A stretch of 56,899 nt of DNA, filler included, from Sphacelaria rigidula (taxonomy: Eukaryota), in NCBI GenBank assembly GCA_964200075.2. It is 5 parts of 5 records of this genome, joined end to end, with 100 filler letters (N's around TTAATTAATTAA, not from the genome) between each part and the next. Parts side by side here need not be neighbours in the genome. Positions count along the whole stretch, not along the records: positions 45,601 to 56,899 come from CAXNAA020005099.1; 4 more parts are not named here. The stretch is one strand, 5' to 3'. A program made the translations under genes and the position numbers. Position 1 is the first letter of the stretch, and the number at the start of each line of letters is the position of its first letter. Positions 46,826-56,899 of this stretch are shown here, piece after piece. A model generated the notes under the pieces. The model was not told where the DNA came from. It was given only the letters and a program-made list of their open reading frames with translations, and did not search any database.

Positions 46826-49800
46826 ATTTTGCTGGACTCTTCCATCGTGGGCTTCCCCGCCCTCATCGGCCTCACCGAGTTCTCACACATATGGCTCGTG
46901 TTCGTCTTTCACGACAACACTAATGCAGTGGTCAACGGCGTGGCCGACGAGCGACCCGCTTCGACGGCCATGGAAAATGACGTAGGGGCGGCAGAAGCGC
47001 AGTGCAAAGGTGCGGTTAGTAGCCCGAACAGCAACGGGTCGGGAGGGCCCCGGGATGGAAGTGAAGCTGCCGGTGGCGCCAGACGACGGGGCGATGGGCT
47101 GAATGGGGAAGCGGAGCGGTGGGGCGGGGGCGTCAGAGAGTATCAGCCGCCGAAGTACAAGCTCAGGCAGAGCTTCCTTACGAAAGTGTGGTGAGAAAGT
47201 TACCACGAGATATTATATGCTCCAAAGGTGTGTGCTGTGATGTTTTGCCCTGTCATTTTTCGTTCGGCGTGTGGTAACCGTTCGTGATGATATGGGATGA
47301 ATCGTTTTCGAGCCTTTTTTTTCGAGCGTGCAAGAGTTCCCCAGAGCAGTTCCTGGAATTTTGATGTTGTAAGGGTAAAGCAGAACGTTGAGTGTCGTGG
47401 AACGAATGATATGGCTCTTTCCCCTCGTTGCATGGCCCCGCACCACCCCCACTGCACACGATCGCCACATGGTATATCGGCAGCCCGCCTCGGCTTGGCA
47501 AGAAAGTGGGCGTGCTAGGGACACGGAGCCCACATCGACCGAATCCTCTGGGTTTGACCATGGCCAAGGTGCTTATTTGATCGTCATATTGCGATTGTGG
47601 TTGTGGTGTTGAGTGCAAGTCTTCTGATCAATTTTCGAGTTGCCACGGCGGCTGCGCTCGAGCCAGGGAACTGGAGAGCTCAAAATTGAGAGCCGTGAAA
47701 ATGGCTGGCGTGCGATCACGAGCGATATGAACTCTGTCGCGGTACGGAGTTACGGCATCTTCGTTTTTCTATTTTGGCAGGAAGCGCGACACTGGTGTCC
47801 CCCTTCTGACGTGTGTAGAATGAACAGCTAACGTTGCATTCGTTGTACTGTCCCCTCACGATGCGGTGCGATGTGACTGCGAATTTCGCCCTGCGTTGCG
47901 TGAATCGAGCCAGTTGGAGGGGGTGGACTTGAAGACAAACTCCATCACAGTCAGCGGCATTGACCTCGTCGACGGCACTCCCGTGAGTCTTGTTTTTGTT
48001 ATTTTGATCACGGCGTAAGATATTTCCGTGCCGAAAAAGAAACTATTCTACTTGCTCTCATTATTCTAGGACTGCTAGTACTGCTGCTGCTGCTGCTGCT
48101 CCTCCTCCTCCTCCTCCTCCTCCTCCTCCTACTACTACTACCTCTACTACTCTTACTACCACTACTACCACCACCACTGCGATAGGTCTTTTCGCACGTC
48201 CACTGTTACCTGTCACGTTTTTTGTCATCCTTGCTCCTGGTACTGCAGTAGGGTGGCTTGAGGATCCGTTCCGAAATGATTCTCAAAACGTTCACAAAAT
48301 CATGGCCCCGACGCAGTGTACTGCACTGGCGCGGCAGTCGGCAATCCGAAGCCTAGCATCATCGACACGACAACGAAGCGACACCACTGTAGTAAGGTGA
48401 GACCTGTGGAAATTCACGCACCTGCAACCTCACGGCCTATTGCTGTGTGTGCGTTGAATAATGTTCCCACGTTAATGTTCGCCATCCCTTGTTGTTCTTT
48501 TTTTTTTTTCTCATCGTAATGTCCTTGCGCTGCGCGCAGATCGTTGACGTGAAGCCAGTCATACCACATGACGTACCGCGAGAGATGAAGGTGAGGTTTG
48601 GTGCTGGGGTGTCCGCTTGACGCGTGTTCGTGGCCGTGATGGTGTAGAATGAAGAGGGGAGGGTATCGCGGGTTCGCATGGCGTTGTTCCGGGCTGCGTC
48701 ATCTTCTCGACCAAATACCCCGAAGAACAAAATCTTCAGCACGCCGCGGTGGTGGATACCACAGCATGTAGACATGCAATAATGAAATGGTCTCGCTCTC
48801 GTTTTTTTTCTGCGATTTTATCGATCACCGTAACTTCTTTGTGGAAACCATCCTGTCCGATTGTAGCTTGGACAAATACACGCTGGTGAGTAGCCGAGCC
48901 ACGTCGTGGTTTGTACTCCGGAACGAGAAGACTTTGAAACCGTGAAACAGAAACCCTACTCGAATCGAAAGTACTTTGAGGGGTTTTACGGCGTGCATTG
49001 TGAGGGGATGAACAACATCTCAGGTCTGTTCGTGCTTTTGGTCGGTGACACTTTTTTGGCTCATTTTGGGGGGTCAGGCGCGCCCACAACGATCAGTTGA
49101 ATGCAGAAGGAATGAAACCTAAATGAGCCAATCAGTATCAATCACAAGTGCACGCGTCACTCGAAATGACGACGACGCTCATACAAAATGTACTATAGCA
49201 ATAGTGCATCCTACAACACACCTGTGACTGACGTTGTTGTACACCTGTACACAGGGTTACAACAACAGGAGGATAGAAACTGCTGCTCGTGTTGCTGTTG
49301 TGCCCCTCTTGTCGCAGTATGTTGTTGTGCTTATCTTTCAACGCGACGTTTTCGGCAACGAAGCAGAGGATTCGACTGCGGTTTGATGCATGCGCTTCCC
49401 ACACACCAGAAGGAGTCAGTGTGGCAGCAGGTTTCCGTAACGCGTGCCGCGGAGGCCGCAGCACTTTGCAAACCGCTGCACCAAACACATGTACTGAAAA
49501 CGCGTTTCCTCCAACGTTCTGGGGCTTTTCGGATCCGCTGTGGCGAATTGAGCAACTCCACCGCCACACTGAATAGGTCTAGTGTGTGCACTGGGGGCTG
49601 GGAAGTACCACAGGCCGGTTTGCTTCCTGTCTCGAGAAATATGCGATGACAAAATTACAGCTGTTGCACACTAAACCTTGGTAACCTGGGATGGAGCGTG
49701 TGTTATGTTCGGCATAGGTTCGGCACAGATCCGACCAGTCGATGACGCCTTCAGTACGTCCCCAATATCCTCCCGCGTTCACCTTACTCTTTGTAGGCAA

Positions 49801-52800
49801 CGATGTTTCGGCCGGTACGGCCTTCATTCACGGGTATAACTGTTGAATCGGGCACGCTGGTCGGGAAACAGGGAAAGCAGGATTTCTGGCATTCTTTTTG
49901 GGGTCTCCCTCATTCTCGAGAACCCCTGGGAAAGCAGAGGGAAAGCGGAGGGTTCACGGCCCACAGGTGGCAGGACCTTTTGGGCGTGACAAACATTGTT
50001 TTCGTGTTTGTATCTTGCCCTCATGTGTTGCATCAAAACATGAGGATTGTGACTGTTGCTCCTTTTGTGTGTGTGTTTTCACTCTCACGTCGAGACATTG
50101 TGGAGCATGACAATGACAAAATATTTCGAAATCTCTCATAAAGTGCGACATATACCGATGTCGAAGGCTGATGGGAAACGAGACAAGGGTTACGTTGAAT
50201 TTATGATACCCTTATATGCGTGAATGTTTTCATGACGAGTCGCCTGTCCGACATCCATGGGATAAACGCCTGAAGGAATGGTGTAGTTTCACTTGTACTG
50301 TATGGTTTCCGAAGCCATTTTTCCGGTGGAGCAAAATATGGCACCAGTACTGTGCTCACGTGTTTTTTGTGCTGTTAACTCACCTCGTGTGACTCCGGCT
50401 GATGGGCCGACATACTGGCGTAGACTGGCATCCAGAATAGATTCGATGATGACACGTAACACATGTAAAATATCACACATATTTTTCTCCCCCTTTTATG
50501 TTTCGACTGATTTTGACGGCATCTTTACCTCAAGTCGTGCGGCATGGACGGGGAGTTCTTCATGCGCGTGTATGTGATGTTTTTGTGTTCAGCTAGACAG
50601 ATACTAGACCGATCTTGGCGTCAACATCTCCCCTTCCGTCCCTTCCGACCCTTTTTCCCCCTCCTTGTCGGTTTTCTGTGGCTTTTGTGAGAATTTATTC
50701 GTACACGTTTTTTCTTCTCCTTGTTTTCCTTCTGTTTCTTGTGGGTGTACGTTTCACTCTGCCTATTCTCTCCTCTTTACCTCGTTTTTACTTCTCTCTT
50801 GAGCTTACGTTCGCAAGCGTTCCGATCCTTGTTTTTTCACCTCGGATACGTCCGCCTCGAGGCCACGTGTGGATATCGTAGGAGATCAGTGACTGTGCTT
50901 ATTCACAAAGCAACGTTCGCGACTGCAACGCCTTTTCACTTTCAAACACTCGACTTCGTGCAGAAAATCGTGTGCTGATACCTTGGGGCCACAGGCTCAC
51001 TATTAGGGCAAGAAAGGGGGGAAACGATATCGCAACAAGTCGAGACATGTGCTGACATCCGGGCTGAATATAACTCTACAAAAATGACGGCTGCCTTGAT
51101 ATCTTTCTCCCGGAATCTTTCTGAATCTCTCGTTCCCATCCCGGAATCATACGCTTCCTGATTCTCAGGCGCCCATGTTCTCGAACAAAGGACAAATAAC
51201 TTCTCTTTAAACGTATGGAGTTCGTGTACAAAATAGTAGGCACCCTGATGTAGCGGGATCAGCGGTGTCCCACAGTAGAGTCATGCTACGATAGGGGGCG
51301 TACTCATTTGTTGCTTGCCTTAGTCATTTGACCATTGACCACGCATCCCTTTCGAGACGGAGCACCATGCGCCATGCTACGATGGGGGGGGGGGGTATTT
51401 TGGGCCGTTTTCTTCCACGAATTTGATATTTGAATCGTCGTTGAAAGCAGCAAGAGTTGTTCGAACGCGCTCGCCCCCGAGAAATAACGCTCATTGACAC
51501 TGCTTGATACCACTTATACCTGAGTACAAGCACACCGCGATTGTGTCACGTCGTTGGACGCACCTATGGGCCCATTTTTTCGTGGAATCAACCTCCCCCC
51601 CTCATCGTAGCCTGATTCAGCATCTCGCTCAGGGTGTTTTAAGCTTTTCAACGTCGCCCATGAGTACCAATACTGAATGGCGGCGTCAAGATCTATCGTA
51701 CGATCGTGAATCTAGCACGTAATCTTGCTTTTTTCACCCTTGGCATAATCACTGCGTATACCACGGCATGCGAAATCGAAAAAATATAAATGAAACGGCT
51801 GTTAGGTATTGTTCGATACCGGTTCATGACTCCTATTACCATCATCAACGCCCACGCAAGGAAAGAAAGGAAGAAAAACCTAGCAGCCCCGACTCCCGCT
51901 CGACGCCTTCTTGCACATGATAATAGCGTGTTCCGGCAGTCCTAATATTCAACTTTGCTATCAAAATTCGTCCCGATAGGGGAGGGGACGGCTGTCACCT
52001 CCGAAGTAGCGGTAGTACGGGTGTGCTTGGCGATCCTGGAATCTGGCAACTTTTTTTATTCGCCATACGTTCATTTTACGCTTTGTCCCGACAGCGGTTC
52101 GGCTCTTACTCCAAACGCTCGCGTATCCCCTCGAATAGCTCGATACAATCGACTAGTCGGGATTTCCCAGGGGCAGCACACCAAAGCGGGGCCCGAATCA
52201 TCCCAGTTGCTGACAGTTTATCCTGCAAGAAAAATGGGGCCTTCGCCCTCACAGTGTACGGAAACAGTTTGGAAATTGTGTGGACGCGCATCTACAGCGC
52301 AGATCTGTCGTACAGTACTACAGACTTGCATTTCAGCCTTCCATCTGAGTAAACATTCGGAGGTCAGTGCTTTTGACTCGGGGTGATGCTTCCTTGTGTG
52401 TTTTTCATGTGATTTTCGTTATTTCTCGGAGGCGTGTCTTCCACTTGGTCGATGAAGAAATTTCTCGGAAGCATATATTTTTATGATTTCCCTGAGCCTT
52501 ACCCTATCCCCAACCCCAACCCCAATCCAAGGCATGCCGAGAACTCGGGCGAGGGTAGTGCGAAGCTTTCCCTAGGCAAACTGTACACGATTAGGACGAA
52601 TCATCACAACTGAAAATCACCAAATCCACGATTTATTCGGCCTGATTGCCCAAAAAGGAGAAAAACGTTGACCGCTGGTCCAAGGGGTATCCACGCAACT
52701 TTTGCGCCATTTCACGTGTTTGGGCTGCGTGTACATAGGTTGCAACGCCAGTAACAAAGCCTAGGGATTGATTCGTACGAGTCGAATCGGTCATACCAAA

Positions 52801-55090
52801 ACCAAGTAATTTCCAGACGGATCATTATTTGTGTAGACCCTTGAAACTGTGATCCGGATATCGGTGTTTACACTCAGATCCAGTATTAAGATCCCGAGAA
52901 AGTTCTAATCGATCAACTGGTGAACATCACTGATCTATCGTAAGTTCTACTCTGTGTCGAAGGTCGTCTCCCGCACGTTAACAGCACTGCCAGGTCTTTG
53001 TCCCGGGCACCACTCGGTCGTCTATATCCCAGAGCACTTGTGTAAAGTTGTGAACTGCATTAGTGGGCAGTGGTGTCTTATTGACCGCGAGAGGTTGGCA
53101 AATATACCACTGGTACCCTTGCGTACAGAAATAACTCGTGTGCGTTCTGCGATGAATTTTTTTCCCCTGAAAAACTTCGTGCCGATGAGCATATTTGATG
53201 GCTGCCGGTCGCACGTTGACAGCACCCACAGACCTGGGCCCCAGGCATCACTCAGTTATTTATGAATATATGGCAGAGGGCTTGCGTGGATTGAGTTTGT
53301 GAGACATGGTTTGTCTCTGTTTGCTTGTTGAGTTTTCTCCCCTTGCTTTATCTTTTTTTTTCCTTTCTTTCTCACTTCATTGCGTTTTCCTTCAGCGAGC
53401 ATTTTCGTTCTCTTCACCTTGGTTATACGTTTTATCCTGTGGATAATGACCACATCTGGATCCCCCAGGGGGCAGTTCATGAGCGGCAATCAATTTAATC
53501 CCTCAATTAGTGGTGAGACGCTGCGGTCACGCTAGAGCGCAGTAGGAATAAAAACGCTTGGTGTCAAGCCAGCACAGTCAGTACAGAACATTATTCGTGT
53601 GTGGTGGCGCGCAAGACGGACGCCACCTCTGGATTCTCCAAAGTCTTATCCTGCTGATTATTTTTCCAACTCTGGGTGACGTTTTTTTTTCGTTCCCGAC
53701 CATGGCTGCTCGTGACAGGAGCCAACAAACCTGAACCAATCTATTATGTCATACTCTGCACGATACAGGCGACAACGAACATGTCAGCAAGCGCCGCGCG
53801 TTTTTTAACTTGAAACGCGCCCCAAGATTTCCATGTTTCGCACGCTGTGGCTTCTCATCTCGAGCAAATGAGTCGCGAAGTGCTGTGTTGTGCCCTACAT
53901 ACCCAGCACCATCATCCACACAGTCAGTGGACAGCCGCTCCTCGGGTGAGGCCAGATAGGCATCGTTCATCCAATAATTGCTGCTCATGCTGCGCGTCAT
54001 GCATGCGTCATCAATCCGCGCTTGGTGAACGATATCTGAGGCTATCACAGCAAGTACAAAAGTGCCAGGGTTCGAGTGTCCGGTGGTTCGTGCGTGTGCT
54101 GTTTGTCGTGTCGCGTATTTGAGCGCCTGGGCAGAGATGGTGGAGCCGTCGGCGGCATGCCCAATATGAACAAACTTGGAGAAAATGTGTGTTCGCCGGA
54201 GTCAATTTTAATACGGCTCAGCTCACGGCTGCAGTATACTAAGGGAATGCCACAAGGCAGCATCAAGGCACCACCATTAGCACAATGCAGCGCCAGTCAT
54301 ACTTGTTTTACTGGTACTGTCCCTTGTGTGTAAAGCTGTCGTTCGGTGCCGAAGATGGTGTGTGTTTGCGTGAAAGAGACGACTGCGTAGAGCTGTCATG
54401 CTGATGATTTCGGTTTTGCAACGCTGACATACGTTGCACTCGTGTGCACTTAGCAGAGACGACGAAGTGACTACCCGTGTGTGCAATTTGTGTATCTTCC
54501 AAGCGTGAGAATGTCTGAGGTTCCCTTATTTCGACGAATGTATTGGGATGATCAGGCACGGAAACACCAGCCCTGCCTGCGTGAACATACTCAGATGGAA
54601 GCCATCAGTATAGAAGTACTTACTCATGAAAGAGTAAAGAGGGAGGGCATTCCGCAACTCTGATATGAATCATATCCTCTCCTGTATGAAGAGCAAAGCG
54701 CTCGCCGAACGCCTCCTCTCCTTTCCCCTCACTTTCAGCCGCATGACTTTTTTACTCCTGTAGGACCGGCTTATGGAGCATTCGATCCCAACTACAGCAT
54801 GCCATTACGGTATTGTGTAGCTTGATCCTTTTCTTCACAAATTCTCCGGCAGCACACGTCCAAAACGCTTCGCGATCAGCGCCAAGGACACGCTTTGTCG
54901 ATCGCGCGTTTGTCTCCCCTTTTTTTATGATCAGTTTCCGGAGTGGGTGGAGGAAGACCTTTGCCTACGGAAGGTCATCTTCACGGAGGCTGCGTGCGAG
55001 GGTCTAGATGGGTGCGTCGGGGAGAACGCTCGGAAAAGCAAAAGCAAATTCTACAGCGACGTTGACTCATTCAAGGAGGCCGTTACAGAG
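46826..55090 (+). CDS. trmO: tRNA (N6-threonylcarbamoyladenosine(37)-N6)-methyltransferase TrmO/TsaA family, partial
   Basis: Exons 46826-47190, 47484-47568, 47914-47982, 48540-48590 and 54935-55090, all GT-AG and in phase. Motifs GLTEFSHIWLVFVFH, KVCPPRL..GVLGTRSPHRPNPLGL, SGIDLVDGTP-IVDVKP, FPEWV. First and last exons were not found. Confidence 0.93.
48075..48180. repeat. Compound (CTG)(CCT)(CTA)(CCA) trinucleotide microsatellite
   Basis: Read directly from the sequence. Confidence 0.9.
51294..51395 (+). repeat. GGGGTACTCAT family repeat
   Basis: GTACTCATTTGTTGCTTGCCTTAGTC...CATCCCTTTCGAGACGGAGCACC followed by a poly-G run. Confidence 0.75.
53290..53500 (+). mobile_element. LINE/SINE-like 3' end
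   Basis: Pyrimidine-rich tract, then TGTGGATAATGACCACATCTGGAT...GCAATCAAT. Confidence 0.5.
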
Positions 55091-56393
55091 GTGGGATGCG
55101 TGCTTCTTTTTTGTCGATCGATGTCATTGTTGACATCGCGGAGAAGGGCAGAGACTGAGCCCTCGTTTCTGAACGCAATGTTGTTTACGGATTGCGTCCA
55201 ACAAACAATGGGGTCCACTACATGCCGAACAGCCTTGGCGAACGGTGATTTCGACGATGTGGGTCGTGTTGTGCTCTGAATCCCTGCAGCCATAAGGGCG
55301 TCTTCGAACTTCAACGATGGAGTGTTCAGATTCAAACAAGAACAGTTTTGGGGAGCGTTATCGACATCGGGCACCACGCTTGAGATTGTTGGGTAGTACC
55401 GTGTGCTATGACAACGTTTTGTGTTCTAGAGTTCAAGAGCGGTAATGCGAATTGTCCCGTTTTGGGGATTGATGTTAATTGGAGTCAGGTATAGTCGTCG
55501 TTGTGTGCACATGCGCAATATCGCCATAAGTTCTTACTTGGGCATTCTACCACGTCGTTTTCCCATTTAACGTATGGTGGCAATTGCGCACAGATGGAGT
55601 CCCCCACGCTGCTGATATAAACAAGGGACGGGTTGCTAGGGCAATCAAATGCCCTCCTTCGTCACCCTCACTTGTTTAAAACACTTCGTCGCCTTTTAAT
55701 GCTTTTTCGTATGTAGCGCACTTGCGGGGTACAAATCAACCGCTTATTACATGTTTTGGGAACGTTTTTGTAGTCAGTAGTCGGTTATCGGAAAACAAGT
55801 CCTTCATATGCGTGCGCGACTTCGCTGCGTAGGTGTGCACGTAACGACTTATTTCGAAGTAAGCGTTTGATGTGACCTCTGGAACACCAGAAAATTAACA
55901 GACTCATGCGCATCCATCGTGTACACTATGGCAGTACGATAAGTATCCATGAACTGATACGCAAACGCTTGCACACAGATGATACCCGGGCACGACTTAT
56001 GGCGAAACGAGGCAGGTACCTGCAATCTGTTTTGATTGTGATATAGGTTTTATTCATTCTCTTGCTCAACAGGTTGAACACTATGCATTCGTGTTGGTAC
56101 CACTGTAGAGCAGATAAAGTTCTACAAGTGTCTGCCAAGGACTCAGTAATGTTATGTTTTGAAAGTGGCGATACCGATTCGGTATACTTCCTCGGCAGGA
56201 GGTCCAGAGTTAGAACCCAGGCTCCCGTCAACGCGACCTATAAAGGAAATTTGCCGGAGTTAAACGGGCAAGGAAGATATATATGTACAGGCTGGTTCAC
56301 GGGAAAAAAAAAGTACTCATCGGCAAAACTTCCATACGTCGGACGAGTCATCACTCGTCGAGACGAGTGCAGTCGTTGATGTTTTTCGAAAAC

Positions 56394-56581
56394 ACAACGA
56401 GCATGACTCGTGCGCTCGAGTCATTACTTTTTTTACAGCAAGCAATGGCTCGTGTGCTCAAGCCATCACCTTTTTACACAACGAGCAATGACTCGAGTGC
56501 TCGCGCTCGAGTCATTCACTTTTTCACGTGGTATGACTCGTCTGCTTGAGTCATCTATTTCTTGATCACGAGCAATGACTC
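56394..56581. repeat. Tandem array of ~43-bp hairpin units (ATGACTCG-loop-CGAGTCAT + T-tract)
   Basis: Stems start at ~56403, 56445, 56488 and 56533, with a partial unit at 56575. Confidence 0.88.
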
Positions 56582-56899
56582 CCTTGCTGGCGTCTTCTCT
56601 GGACAACCAAACGACCAATCATCAATCACTGAAGCGATGGACGAGTGAGCCGCGAGACACGGTGGAAGCCTGGTGAAACAACGGTAGGATTTGGTAATAT
56701 TGTGACCACTACAAATCGTACTCTTTCCCACCATCGTGTGTTTGCGGCAGGTCTCCATTTGTGTTATTTTCAAGTAAAATGATCAATAAGGCCCCTAATG
56801 CATCATTTTGACGAAAAAATAACACAAATGGACACCTAGCGCAAACACACGATCGTAGGGAAAAGGGTATCAAGGGGAATACGTACCCTTTTCAAATCG

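Noticed and set aside
50384-50465. Minus-strand exon ending at a strong GAG|GTGAGT donor
   Set aside because: There is no AG acceptor at the expected place and the peptide is unrecognisable.
56073-56108. Next trmO exon after 55090
   Set aside because: The acceptor is good, but phase 0 gives VEHYAFVLVPL* with no resemblance to the expected VL..DPR-type TrmO C-terminus.
56394-56581. CRISPR array
   Set aside because: The sequences between the palindromes are short and similar to each other rather than unique spacers. There are no cas genes, and the context is a eukaryotic intron.

Overview
Eukaryotic, intron-rich and transposon-dense DNA. Long GT-AG introns, small exons, TTAGGG tracts and the repeat content suggest a stramenopile, most likely a brown alga (inference). 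The window is not one locus. It is five contigs of 11301, 11300, 11300, 11299 and 11299 bp joined by identical 100-bp N/TTAATTAATTAA linkers, which looks like a size-sorted concatenation. Three partial host genes can be rebuilt from in-phase splice junctions: a PPR protein (minus strand, 2 exons), a zinc-dependent MDR alcohol dehydrogenase (plus, 6 exons) and a TrmO/TsaA-family tRNA m6t6A37 methyltransferase (plus, 5 exons). The rest is two frameshifted Ty1/copia elements, hAT-like, CACTA/CMC-like and other MITEs with readable TIRs and TSDs, a tRNA-derived SINE family, LINE-like 3' tails and foldbacks. Highlights: (1) a TGT...ACA MITE family with 5-bp TSDs that carries internal TTAGGG repeats; (2) a 460-bp inversion that breaks one such MITE inside its telomeric tract, where undoing it restores the MITE, its TSD and a reading frame; (3) a copia element with a duplicated PPT plus a ghost LTR; (4) a tandem hairpin array with a compensatory change; (5) an 80-bp near-perfect palindrome. 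No CRISPR array, rRNA or intact tRNA gene was found.
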